Positions 36,220 through 45,152 of a stretch of DNA of 45,152 bases are shown here, piece after piece. Origin of the DNA: Candidatus Eiseniibacteriota bacterium (GTDB taxonomy: Bacteria > ARS69); contig JBQTGV010000008.1 in the NCBI GenBank assembly GCA_052390515.1, positions 1 through 45,152 on the forward strand, given 5' to 3'. Positions within the stretch are counted from its first letter, which is position 1; the number at the start of each line of letters is the position of its first letter. A program made the translations under genes and the position numbers. Below the pieces are notes generated by a model. It was not told the origin of the DNA. It ran no database searches and saw only the letters and a list, made by a program, of their open reading frames with translations.

Positions 36220-37508
36220 GGTACCCGCTCCAGGACGATCGCCGAGCCCTGTCCGCCGCCGACGCACAGCGAGGCCACGCCGAGCGACTCGCCGGAGCGG
36301 TGCAGCTCCTCGAGCAGCGTCGTCACGAGCCGCGCGCCGGTCGCGCCGATGGGGTGGCCGAGAGCGATCGCTCCGCCGTTCGGATTGCGCTTCGCCGGAT
36401 CGATCTCGCCGACGGCGGCGGTCCGGCCGAGCTCCTCCCGGGCGAAGGCGCCCGACGCGAGCGCTCGCTCGCAGGCGATCACCTGCGCGGCGAACGCCTC
36501 GTTGATCTCCAGCCGTCCGACGTCGGCGAGCGTGCGACCGGCCCGTTCCAGCGCGAGCGGAATCGCGAAGGCCGGCCCCAGCCCCATGCGTCTCGGGGCG
36601 AGGCCGACGGTGGCGTGGGCCAGGACGCGCGCGCGCGGGCGCGCCCCGAGCCGCGCGGCGGCACGCTCCGAGACCAGCAGAACGGCCGCGGCCCCGTCCG
36701 TGACCTGGCAGGAATTGCCCGCCGTGACCGTACCGTCCCGCCGGTCGAAGGCCGGGCGCAGCCGAGCAAGCGCCTCCATCGACTTCCCCTCGCGCGGGCC
36801 GACGTCGGACTCCACGACGCGGTCGTAGCTCGGGCCCACGAAGAGCGGGGCGATCTCCGCGGCGAGGCGTCCGGACTCGCGCGCGCCGACGGCGCTCACG
36901 TGGCTCTCCAGGGCGAACGCGTCCTGCTCCTCGCGGGAGACGCCGAACTCCCGCGCCAGGTTCTCCGCCGTGCGCCCCATGTTCAGCCCGCAGACCGGGT
37001 CGGTCAGTCCCTCGAGCAGCGCCGAGCGCGGCATCATCCGCCGCGGCTGGATCTGTGCCAGTGCTGCGAGTCGCTGGCCGAGCGTCCGGGCTTTCGCGTA
37101 GCCGAGGAACCACGCGTTGGCCTCGGGCGGCAGCTCCATGGGGATGCGGCTCATGCTCTCCGCCCCGCCCGCCACCACGATGTCCGCGCTTCCCGAACGG
37201 ATCTTCTCCGCGGCGACGATGACCGCCTCCAGCCCCGAGGCGCAGTTCCGGTGCACGGTCAGCCCCGGTACTCTCTCCGGAATCCCGGCCAGCAGCAGCG
37301 CGACCCGCGCGACGTTCGGGGCGTCGGAGGGGGTGCCGGCGTTGCCCAGCACGACCTCGTCGATCTCGGCGGGGTTCATCTCGCAACGATCCAGCAGCTC
37401 GGAGATCGCGCGGCGCGCGAGCTCCTTCGCCGGAACCGAGGAGAGCTCGCCGCCGGCGCGAACGAACGGAGTACGCACGGCGCCGAGGATGAGCGGAGCG
37501 CCGCTCAC
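36216..37508 (-). CDS. Acetyl-CoA C-acyltransferase (thiolase, FadI/FadA-like)
   Basis: RTPF, NCASG, GGAESMS, NEAFA, GHPIGATG and LCVGGGQG motifs. Confidence 0.93.
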   Translation of the reverse strand: MSGAPLILGAVRTPFVRAGGELSSVPAKELARRAISELLDRCEMNPAEIDEVVLGNAGTPSDAPNVARVALLLAGIPERVPGLTVHRNCASGLEAVIVAAEKIRSGSADIVVAGGAESMSRIPMELPPEANAWFLGYAKARTLGQRLAALAQIQPRRMMPRSALLEGLTDPVCGLNMGRTAENLAREFGVSREEQDAFALESHVSAVGARESGRLAAEIAPLFVGPSYDRVVESDVGPREGKSMEALARLRPAFDRRDGTVTAGNSCQVTDGAAAVLLVSERAAARLGARPRARVLAHATVGLAPRRMGLGPAFAIPLALERAGRTLADVGRLEINEAFAAQVIACERALASGAFAREELGRTAAVGEIDPAKRNPNGGAIALGHPIGATGARLVTTLLEELHRSGESLGVASLCVGGGQGSAIVLERVP

Positions 37509-38383
37509 GGGCCCTTCTTCCCGAAGGCCGTGAGCGGCGAGTTCTCCCGCAGCCAGCGCACCATTCGCTTCCATTCGCCCTCTTCGATGGGCGCTTCGCG
37601 GCGCCGCAGGATCCCCAGGATCTCGGGTGCGGCCCGCCGGCCGCACTCGTAGCCCACCCGGATCATCTCGTCGGCGCGGTCCAGGTCGTAGGGACCGAAC
37701 TCGGAGAGGTCCGGACGGATCACGTGATCGGCGAGGATCTCGGAGAGGATCGCGTTGCGCTGGGAGACGAAGCCGACGACACGCAGCGCGACTTCGAAGA
37801 GGTTCTTGGGTTCCTTCGCGTGCCAGTTCCGGATCGTGCCCAGGTTGATCCCGATCTTCACGTCGCAGCCGAGCTCGTCGAGCGTCTCGATCGGCAGGTA
37901 TTCGACGAGTCCTCCGTCGGCGATCAGATCCCCATCGATGAGCACCGGGGCGAAGAGCTGCGGGATGGAGCAGCTGGCGCGGATGGGCGGCGCGATCCGG
38001 CCCGTCCGGAACACGGCCTTCCTGCCGGTGGAGAGGTTCGCGGCCACCACGGCGAAGGGAATCGCCAGGTCCTCGAAGCGCGCATCGCCGAGCTTGTCTC
38101 GCACGTAGTGCTCGAGCTTCTCGTTGGAGAGCAGCCCCATGCGCGGGATCGTGACCCGCGTGAGGCGCTTCCACGAGAGGACGGATGCGGCGTCGGCCAT
38201 CTCCGCGGGCTTCCATCCCGCGGCGTAGAACGCGCCGATGATCGAGCCGCCGCTCGTCGCCGCGATGGCGTGGATGGGAATGCCGGCTTCCTCGAAGGCC
38301 TGCAGGATGCCAACGTGCGCCACCACCTTGGCGATCCCGCCGGAAAGCGCGAGCCCGACGCGAGGCGTGGATTCTTCGCTCAC
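37505..38383 (-). CDS. Patatin-like phospholipase
   Basis: GLALSGG...AHVG, ATSGG nucleophile elbow, RASCSIP and DGG motifs. Confidence 0.88.
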   Translation of the reverse strand: MSEESTPRVGLALSGGIAKVVAHVGILQAFEEAGIPIHAIAATSGGSIIGAFYAAGWKPAEMADAASVLSWKRLTRVTIPRMGLLSNEKLEHYVRDKLGDARFEDLAIPFAVVAANLSTGRKAVFRTGRIAPPIRASCSIPQLFAPVLIDGDLIADGGLVEYLPIETLDELGCDVKIGINLGTIRNWHAKEPKNLFEVALRVVGFVSQRNAILSEILADHVIRPDLSEFGPYDLDRADEMIRVGYECGRRAAPEILGILRRREAPIEEGEWKRMVRWLRENSPLTAFGKKGP

Positions 38384-38401
38384 GCTTTCTCCCCGGTCGC
38401 C

Positions 38402-38430
38402 TTGACCGCCTCCGCCGGTCGCATTAGCAT
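38402..38430 (+). promoter_or_regulatory. Putative sigma70 promoter for the UPF0158 gene-pfkA
   Basis: TTGACC (38402-38407), 17-nt spacer, TAGCAT (38425-38430). Confidence 0.6.
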
Positions 38431-38470
38431 TTCGCCCCGTCGATCTTTCCACGGGCCCTGCGCGGTGTCC

Positions 38471-38923
38471 ATGAACCTCTCTCGCCTCGATGTCGCCGCC
38501 GTCTCTCGCGCGCTCGACGACCACGATCCCGACCGGGACCACTTCCTCGACGCCGTCGACGGCTCCGTGTGGACTTTCGTCTTTTCGGAGGCGACGGATG
38601 AGACCCGTGAGCGGCGGGAGGCGGTTCTCCAGGGCCTGGGGAAGACCCATGTGCTGATCCCGGCGCGCAGCCCGCAGGAGGCCTTCGAGGAGATCGAGGA
38701 CTTCGTCGAGCGGGTCGAGGACGCCTCGGCCCGGGAGGCTCTCTTCCGGGCGATCGAGCGCAAGGGGGCGTTCCGCAACTTCCGCGAGGCGCTGCTGGAG
38801 CTCCCGGAGGAGCACCGGCGCTGGAGGGCGGAGAGAAGCGCGGCGTCGCGGCGGCGGTTGGGGGCGTTCCTGGATTCGCTCGGGATCGAGCGGGTGGAGA
38901 GCGCGGCAGGCGGGCCGGTTTGA
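38471..38923 (+). CDS. UPF0158 family protein
   Basis: HFLD..DG, IP......[22 protein letters not shown] and W...R patterns. Confidence 0.75.
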   Translation: MNLSRLDVAAVSRALDDHDPDRDHFLDAVDGSVWTFVFSEATDETRERREAVLQGLGKTHVLIPARSPQEAFEEIEDFVERVEDASAREALFRAIERKGAFRNFREALLELPEEHRRWRAERSAASRRRLGAFLDSLGIERVESAAGGPV

Positions 38924-40011
38924 CGCGAGCGCGTCTGAGGCGGATCGCCGTCCTGACCGGAGGAGGCGACGCCCCGGGACTGAACGCCGTCGTTCGCGCC
39001 GTCGCGAAGTCGGCCTTCGGCAAGGGGTGGGAGGTCCTCGGCATCGAGGACGGGTTCGAGGGCTTCTACCAGGAAGGGGGCATCCGCCCCCTTTCTCGCG
39101 GCCACGTCCGCGGGATCCTGCAGACCGGCGGCTCGATTCTCCGCTGCAGCAATCGCGGCGACCCCTTTCGTTTTCCCGGCGCCGGTCCCGAGCCCGAGGA
39201 TCGCTCCGGAGAGATCGTCTCCACAGCCGATCGCCTCGGCCTGGACGCCCTCGTCGTGATCGGGGGCGATGGATCGCTCTCCATCGCCGGACGGCTCGGG
39301 GAGCGCGGAGTCCCCGTCGTGGGCATCCCCAAGACGATCGACAACGACGTCTGGGGCACGGACGTCACCTTCGGGTTCAACACCGCCTGCGAGACGGTCA
39401 TGCAGGCGGTGGATCGACTCCACACCACCGCGGCGAGCCACCAGCGCGTCATGGTGATCGAGGTCATGGGCCGGGACGCGGGGTGGATCGCGCTGGAAGG
39501 TGGGGCCTCCGGCGGCGGCGACGTGATCCTCATTCCCGAGATCCCCTTCGACCTGGACGCGGTGTGCGGGAAGGTCCGGGAACGGGCGAAGGATGCTTCC
39601 GGGTTCTCGCTGGTGGTCGTGGCGGAGGGGGCCTATCCGGCCGGCGGCGGGAAAACGGTCGTGGTAACCGCGGAGGAGAGCGCGACGGGCTTCGAGCGCC
39701 TCGGGGGAATCGGCGAGGGCGTCGCGAGGACGATCGAGCGGCGGGAAGGGGTCGAGTGCCGCGCGACCGTGCTGGGCCACGTGCAGCGGGGCGGCAGCCC
39801 CACGTCCCGCGACCGCATGCTGGGGACGCGGTTCGGCGTGGGCGCGGTGGACCTCGTCGAGCGCGGGCTCACCGGCCGCATGGTGGCGATGCGCGCGGAA
39901 CGAATCGTCGACGTACCGCTGGACGAGGTCGTGGGCCGGTCCAAGCGGGTCGACCCCGACGGCCAGGAAGTGCACGCGGTCGAGGCCATCGGAGTGAGCT
40001 TCGGCCGCTGA
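38920..40011 (+). CDS. pfkA: 6-phosphofructokinase
   Basis: [28 protein letters not shown] and LGHVQRGG motifs. Confidence 0.93.
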   Translation: MTRARLRRIAVLTGGGDAPGLNAVVRAVAKSAFGKGWEVLGIEDGFEGFYQEGGIRPLSRGHVRGILQTGGSILRCSNRGDPFRFPGAGPEPEDRSGEIVSTADRLGLDALVVIGGDGSLSIAGRLGERGVPVVGIPKTIDNDVWGTDVTFGFNTACETVMQAVDRLHTTAASHQRVMVIEVMGRDAGWIALEGGASGGGDVILIPEIPFDLDAVCGKVRERAKDASGFSLVVVAEGAYPAGGGKTVVVTAEESATGFERLGGIGEGVARTIERREGVECRATVLGHVQRGGSPTSRDRMLGTRFGVGAVDLVERGLTGRMVAMRAERIVDVPLDEVVGRSKRVDPDGQEVHAVEAIGVSFGR

Positions 40012-40176
40012 GGTCCGGTGCCGGTCGTCCCCGCTTCGGCGGTCAACTTCTGATCTCGCCGAGCCGAACGGCGCTTCGATTTCCGTCCGGCTGGACAATG
40101 TACTTGACGGCTAGTCGCCGTTGCCGTTCGTTGCTCATGAGGCCGCCCCGACCCGGAACTCCCTTCGAGGGGGTCG

Positions 40177-40827
40177 ATGCGCAAGATCGGCGAGAACATA
40201 CGCTTCTACCGCAATCTCCGCGGGCTCACACAGACCGCCCTCGCCCGGAAAGTCCAGGTAGCGCCCGCGTATATCAGTCAGATCGAGGCCAACCAGCGGG
40301 TTCCGAGCCTCAAGGTCACCCGCCGCATCGCGGCGGTGCTCGGAATCGACATGAGCATCCTGGTGCGGGAGGCGGACCCCCGCGCGCAAGAGGGCCGGCT
40401 CTCCGTTTCGGAGAAGCTGGACCTCCTCCGCACCCTGATCATGGCGATCGAGGGCGAGTCCCGGGCGGTTCCCGGCGGGTCTGCCGAGGCCCTCACGGCC
40501 GAGGGGCGAGGGTTCGTCGCCACCGAGCTGCACTCCGAGCCGGCCTACTGCATCGTCCTGCGGGAGTTCACCTCCACGGCGACGTTCGGCCGCGAGGCCG
40601 AGGACACGGCCGGGGAATGCCACTTCGTGATCGAGGGCCGCGTCCGCGTGGTGGGTCGGCCCGGGGCGCAGGACCTCGAAGCCGGCGAATCCCGCAGCCT
40701 GAGCGGCGCCGGCGACGAGAGGCTCTCGGGAAGCCGCGGGACCCGGGTGCTTTCCATTTACGCACCTCGCGTCCCGCTTTCCGCGCTGTCCGAGCGGACT
40801 GCCGAGTCCGAGGCCCCCTCCGCGTGA
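40177..40827 (+). CDS. XRE-family HTH regulator with C-terminal cupin-like domain
   Basis: [18 protein letters not shown]...YISQIEAN...[16 protein letters not shown]...LEAGES cupin-like strands. Confidence 0.85.
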   Translation: MRKIGENIRFYRNLRGLTQTALARKVQVAPAYISQIEANQRVPSLKVTRRIAAVLGIDMSILVREADPRAQEGRLSVSEKLDLLRTLIMAIEGESRAVPGGSAEALTAEGRGFVATELHSEPAYCIVLREFTSTATFGREAEDTAGECHFVIEGRVRVVGRPGAQDLEAGESRSLSGAGDERLSGSRGTRVLSIYAPRVPLSALSERTAESEAPSA

Positions 40828-41426
40828 CCTCGCCGGCCTCCGGCCCGCCACCAGCCGGCGGGGAGGGCCCCTTCGAGGATGCCGTCCGCACCATCCTCCG
40901 GGAGCTCGGCGAGGATCCGGCCCGGGAGGGCCTCTCTCAGACCCCCGGGAGGGTACGGCGTGCCTGGGAGCACTTCACCCAGGGGTACGCCCGCGACCCC
41001 CAGGAGATTCTCCGCGGGGCGATCTTCCACGAAGAGTGCAACGAGATGGTCTTGGTCCGCGAGATCGAGGTTTACAGCGTCTGCGAGCACCACCTTCTCC
41101 CGTTCTTCGGGCGATGCCACATAGCCTACCTGCCGCAGGGGAGGATCGTCGGGCTCTCCAAGCTGGCGCGGGTCGTGGACGTGTTCGCCCGTCGGCTCCA
41201 AGTACAGGAGCGCCTGACGACCCAGATCGCCCAGGCGATCCACGAAGCCCTGGATCCGCTGGGCGTTGGCGTCGTGATGGAAGCTCGACACCTTTGCATG
41301 ATGATGCGCGGGGTCGAGAAGCAGAACAGCCTCGCAGTGACGAGCTGCCTTCTCGGAGAGTTCGAGACGAACTCCAAGACTCGAACAGAGTTCTTCAAGC
41401 TCGTGGGCAACCAGCACAGCCTATGA
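40824..41426 (+). CDS. folE: GTP cyclohydrolase I
   Basis: [42 protein letters not shown] and HLCMMMRGV motifs; GTGA overlap with the regulator stop. Confidence 0.96.
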   Translation: MTSPASGPPPAGGEGPFEDAVRTILRELGEDPAREGLSQTPGRVRRAWEHFTQGYARDPQEILRGAIFHEECNEMVLVREIEVYSVCEHHLLPFFGRCHIAYLPQGRIVGLSKLARVVDVFARRLQVQERLTTQIAQAIHEALDPLGVGVVMEARHLCMMMRGVEKQNSLAVTSCLLGEFETNSKTRTEFFKLVGNQHSL

Positions 41427-41500
41427 GCTAGATCGGCCGCGCCGCCGCGGCGGCGCGCGCGAGCGTCCTCGAGGCCGATGTAAGGCTTTCCGTGCGATGA

Positions 41501-41529
41501 TTGACGCAGGTTTGGCGCTTTGCTAAAGT
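41501..41529 (+). promoter_or_regulatory. Strong sigma70-type promoter of the large secreted protein
   Basis: TTGACG (41501-41506), 17-nt spacer containing the extended TG (41521-41522), TAAAGT (41524-41529). Confidence 0.75.
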
Positions 41530-41693
41530 GGCCCAGTTCAACGCTGTCCCAAAAAGTGTCCAGTTCCAGCGCTAGCCAAGGAGGTGTGCACCTCGTCGGA
41601 TGTCCCGAGGGGCCGAGGTGAGAGGCGGCCCCTCAGTAACCCCGGAAGTCTCATCGTGATCCTGTGCTGCAAAGCCTTAGGGGGTCTGCACAA

Positions 41694-44600
41694 ATGACGA
41701 AACGCCTTTCCGCAGGCGTTCTGCTGTTCGTCGCCGCGATGTTCGTCTTTGCGGTGACTGCGAATGCAGAGCGCCTCACTCCGCGCGAGTGGACGGACAA
41801 GAGCGATCCGTATCGCGGCCTGCCGCTCTTCTTCCGTTCCGCTGCCGGAACCACCTTCGTTCAGGTGAACAGCACCGGCGGGTGCGATCCTGCCCTCGTC
41901 ACCGCGGGCGGAGACGTTCATGACGGCTCCACGCACACGAGTGGCCAAGTGTTCTGCTTCGAGGGTCCGGACAGCCTGTGGCCGGCCGGCCCGGGCGGGA
42001 CGCAGCAGGACGATTGGGGCCACTGGTCGCGCAACCTGCCGCCAATTCCCCTCGCCAGCAAGTGGCACATCACGACGCTCGACGGACATGCCGGCAGCGG
42101 CACGTTCAGCTCGTGGTGCGGCTGCGACAGTCTGGGGACGAATCCCTCGTGCGACGACGTGACCTTCTGGGTGAACAAGAAGGGTTACGGCAACGAGTGG
42201 GAGTTCTCCCAGATCCTGGACGTGTCGAACCTCGGCGCGGCCTCCGGAGGTACGCTCGAGTTCGACGTCCGCTACGACAGCGAGTGCGTCTACGACTACC
42301 TGTACCTCGAGTACCACAACGGAACGAGCTGGTCGATCGTGCTCGACTCCGCCGGAACGGCCGCCGTGTTCAACGGCGTCTCCGGCTCGAGCGCCATTGT
42401 CACGAACACCTGCGACGGTGGCGGCGGCGGCGCGACGGACGGCAACATCTACAACGACGGCACCATCACGGCCGGCGGGAACTACCACGGGAACTCGACG
42501 TGGTACACGAACGTGACCTTCCCCGTGCCCGCGGTGGGGAATTTGAAGTTCCGTTGGAGAGGCTTCTCCGACCCGGCTTGGTCCGACGAGGACGGCCGCG
42601 GTGACACCGACGGCATCGCTGCCATCGACAACGTTACGGTGACGTTCAACAACGGCACGGTCGTGAACGACAACTTCGAGTTCGGCGACTACGTGCACAT
42701 CACCACGACGGCCGGCGGCGGAAACTCGGCCTCATGGGCGTTCGAGCAGGGTGGCAACACCTATGACGGCTGGCACCTCACGTTCGACCCGATGTACAAG
42801 AACAAGGGCAACACCTGCACGTTCTCGAACGACTGGATGTGGGCGGCGAAGCCGGATGCTTCGGCGATCCCCGAGAACCAGTTCGAGTTCTTCCTGACGT
42901 CGCCGGTCATCCCGTGCGACGGATGGACGGGCGGCACGGTGCTGTACTCGAACTACCAGTGCTTGGAAGATCCGCGTGATGACTACTCCAACCAGCACAT
43001 GCGGTTCTACGACGCTTCCAAGACCGCGTGGTCGCCGTGGCAGGACTTCGACGGCTTCATTTCCTTCGCCGGTTGCGAGTTCTGGAGCGTCAACGACTTC
43101 GAGGATCTGACGCCGTTCCTGGGCACCACGATCGACTCGCTCCAGCTCGGCTTCGAGCTCCTCGACCCGGACCAGCCCGGCGACTTCTCGTGGGGCAAGC
43201 ATGCCAACGTGCAGTACGTGATCGACAAGGTCGCGTTCGGCAGCTACGACGGAACCGGCACGGTGTTCACGGCGCGTAACATCGACCTGTTCGCGGACAC
43301 GTTCTCGCGCGCGGATCCCGCGCACACTCCGTTCCTGCAGAACGCCGAGCAGGCCAACTGGAACGGTGCCGGCGGGACGCGGATCTTCGCGGACTCGGAT
43401 TCGCTCAACGTCGCGATCACCGACTTCAACGGCCTCACCAGCCAGAACGTGGACATTTTCTGGCGAGTGAACACCGGTCACGGCACGGCCTTCGGTGCTT
43501 GGCAGACCAAGGCGGTGCACTTCTCCGTGCAGGACGCGACCCGTCCGGCGGGTGAAGGCACTTACCGCACCATCATCGGCGCGGACGATGGCGGCGTGGA
43601 AGACGAGACCGCTTCCGGCGACGGCTTGATCTGGATCCGGGGACAGACGGTCGAGTACTACATCACCGTCGACGACGATGTGGCGGGCGTGAATCTCTCG
43701 TACTTCCCGGGTACGGCCGATCCGGCTACGACTGGCGGACCGACGTACTTCGAGTTCTCGATCCTGCCGTTCAACATCGACACCGGCGGCAACGTCGCCT
43801 CCACGTTCGACGTGAACGGCAAGCCGATTCCTGCGGCGGGCAAGCACTTCACGCTGCTCGTCGACGACTACACGCGGAACGCGCTCGATTTCCAGAACTC
43901 GACGGGCTTCAACCCGACGGGCGGTATCGGACAGGGTGCGTTCACGACGCCGGTTCTGGACCAGCCGGAGGACATGACGGAGCGTGCTCTGGCCCTCCTC
44001 TACGGAGGCTCGGAGACCAGTCCGCGCTGGGACAAGTACGACGTGCTCGGTGCCGGCTCGAGCGTGCAGTGCGAGCCGCGCGGCGTGTCCGACGTCGGGA
44101 ACGGGCTGGGCGCGTACATGACCGACAATCCGCTGTTCATCTACTACGATGCGCTCATCTGGCTGCAGGGCACGTTCGACGCGTACTCCTATGCGGACAC
44201 GACGCGCCTCGAGCTGGCCAACTACCTGGAGCGCGGCGGATGCCTGTTCTCCACCGGTGACCAGGTCGCCTTCCACCTTGGGACGGGCGGCAACGATGCG
44301 GACTCGCTCATTGGTTTCGGCGTCGAGTACTTCGGTTTCGCGTTCACCAACGTGGTGGACGAGACGACCGTGGACCGCGTGCTGAACATCACGGGTGAGG
44401 CGGGAACTTCGATGGCCGGACTGGAGCTCGGCATCTACGCCGAGTGCCCGATCCGGACGACGCCGGACCGGATGTTCCTGTCCGTGCCGGTCGGCGACGG
44501 CGTTCCCAGAGTTCTCGGGCGCTACACCGACGGCTCGTTCCCGAACGGTAGCGACAACACCCGGGTCTGCTTCACGAAGTGCGATCAGCCGGGCGTCGGC

Positions 44601-45038
44601 GGTACCGCGGCACACTTGGCATTCGGCCTGGAAAACCTGCTGGATGACGTGTCGCGTGCTCGCCTGCTCGGCCGGTTCCTCGGAACGGACTGCGGTCTGT
44701 CGGTCAACGCGGTCGTCGGCAACAACGACGGCGTGGATGCACCGCTGATCGCGAACGGCTTCGGCTTCAATCTGGCCGAGGCGCGTCCGAATCCGTTCTC
44801 CAGCGAGACCTCCATCCAGTTCAGCGTGCCGGCGAACACTCACGTGAAGATCGAGGTGTACAACATCCTCGGTCAGAAGGTGCGGACGCTGGTCGACGAG
44901 AACATGGAAGCGAACTCGTACGTGCGTGACTGGGACGGCCGCTCCGATCAGGGCGCGGAAGTCTCGAGCGGTATCTACTTCTACAAGATGGTGGCCGGCG
45001 ACTTCAGCGCCACCAAGAAGGCGGTACTGCTCAAGTAG
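41694..45038 (+). CDS. Large (1114 aa) secreted protein with C-terminal FlgD-Ig/T9SS-like domain
   Basis: Signal peptide MTKRLSAGVLLFVAAMFVFAVTANA; Asp/Gly/Thr/aromatic-rich body; tail FNLAEARPNPF...VYNILGQKVRTL...WDG...SSGIYFYKM...KKAVLLK. Confidence 0.88.
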   Translation: MTKRLSAGVLLFVAAMFVFAVTANAERLTPREWTDKSDPYRGLPLFFRSAAGTTFVQVNSTGGCDPALVTAGGDVHDGSTHTSGQVFCFEGPDSLWPAGPGGTQQDDWGHWSRNLPPIPLASKWHITTLDGHAGSGTFSSWCGCDSLGTNPSCDDVTFWVNKKGYGNEWEFSQILDVSNLGAASGGTLEFDVRYDSECVYDYLYLEYHNGTSWSIVLDSAGTAAVFNGVSGSSAIVTNTCDGGGGGATDGNIYNDGTITAGGNYHGNSTWYTNVTFPVPAVGNLKFRWRGFSDPAWSDEDGRGDTDGIAAIDNVTVTFNNGTVVNDNFEFGDYVHITTTAGGGNSASWAFEQGGNTYDGWHLTFDPMYKNKGNTCTFSNDWMWAAKPDASAIPENQFEFFLTSPVIPCDGWTGGTVLYSNYQCLEDPRDDYSNQHMRFYDASKTAWSPWQDFDGFISFAGCEFWSVNDFEDLTPFLGTTIDSLQLGFELLDPDQPGDFSWGKHANVQYVIDKVAFGSYDGTGTVFTARNIDLFADTFSRADPAHTPFLQNAEQANWNGAGGTRIFADSDSLNVAITDFNGLTSQNVDIFWRVNTGHGTAFGAWQTKAVHFSVQDATRPAGEGTYRTIIGADDGGVEDETASGDGLIWIRGQTVEYYITVDDDVAGVNLSYFPGTADPATTGGPTYFEFSILPFNIDTGGNVASTFDVNGKPIPAAGKHFTLLVDDYTRNALDFQNSTGFNPTGGIGQGAFTTPVLDQPEDMTERALALLYGGSETSPRWDKYDVLGAGSSVQCEPRGVSDVGNGLGAYMTDNPLFIYYDALIWLQGTFDAYSYADTTRLELANYLERGGCLFSTGDQVAFHLGTGGNDADSLIGFGVEYFGFAFTNVVDETTVDRVLNITGEAGTSMAGLELGIYAECPIRTTPDRMFLSVPVGDGVPRVLGRYTDGSFPNGSDNTRVCFTKCDQPGVGGTAAHLAFGLENLLDDVSRARLLGRFLGTDCGLSVNAVVGNNDGVDAPLIANGFGFNLAEARPNPFSSETSIQFSVPANTHVKIEVYNILGQKVRTLVDENMEANSYVRDWDGRSDQGAEVSSGIYFYKMVAGDFSATKKAVLLK

Positions 45039-45063
45039 TTGCGGATTCTCGACCGGAAGGTCG

Positions 45064-45102
45064 AACCGGGGGGCGGCCGCCGAGGCCGGCCCCCCCGGTT
45101 TT
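45064..45102 (+). terminator. Rho-independent terminator
   Basis: AACCGGGGGGC...GCCCCCCCGGTT GC-rich stem followed by a T-rich tract, starting 26 nt after the stop. Confidence 0.8.
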
Positions 45103-45152
45103 GTTGGTGCGCGTGCGGGCGCGGGGCGCGACCGGCCGCGGTGCTACGGGCC

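Noticed and set aside
40104-40135. TTGACG as the -35 of the XRE regulator
   Set aside because: There is no convincing -10 at 16-18 nt spacing.
41438-41457. Perfect 20-bp GC palindrome after folE
   Set aside because: It is all G/C with no loop or U-tract, and I saw no other copy. It cannot be called a terminator or REP element.
41660-41690. GCAAAGCC resembling part of a c-di-GMP-I riboswitch
   Set aside because: The upstream GCAAAC/GNRA-loop/GGGAC P2 elements are missing.

Overview
A very GC-rich, gene-dense bacterial chromosomal segment with about 38 CDS. I found no rRNA, tRNA, CRISPR array or mobile element. Two secreted proteins end in FlgD-Ig/T9SS-like tails, one protein ends in a TWGxxK motif, and there is a DUF6754-type membrane cluster. 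These suggest an FCB-affiliated candidate-phylum organism such as Eisenbacteria, Krumholzibacteria or Latescibacteria (inference only). Housekeeping content: ferredoxin, proline dehydrogenase, add, a NUDIX-MBL fusion, DUF1848, a DtxR-family regulator with feoAB, a prpD-like gene, glgC, fbp, nth, czcCBA, thiE, beta-oxidation genes, pfkA and folE. The best candidate for an uncharacterised system is the four-gene, all-membrane operon at 18431-21923 (FN3+DUF6754 protein plus three partners) with its own sigma70-like promoter. Other points of interest: a cupredoxin with its Cu-ligand Cys replaced by Ser and a short putative sorting tail; a DtxR-like operator box and an atypical Cys-tailed DtxR; several apparently leaderless genes; and a 1114-aa secreted protein with a strong promoter, structured leader and terminator. 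Family assignments come from motif recognition by eye, not from database searches.
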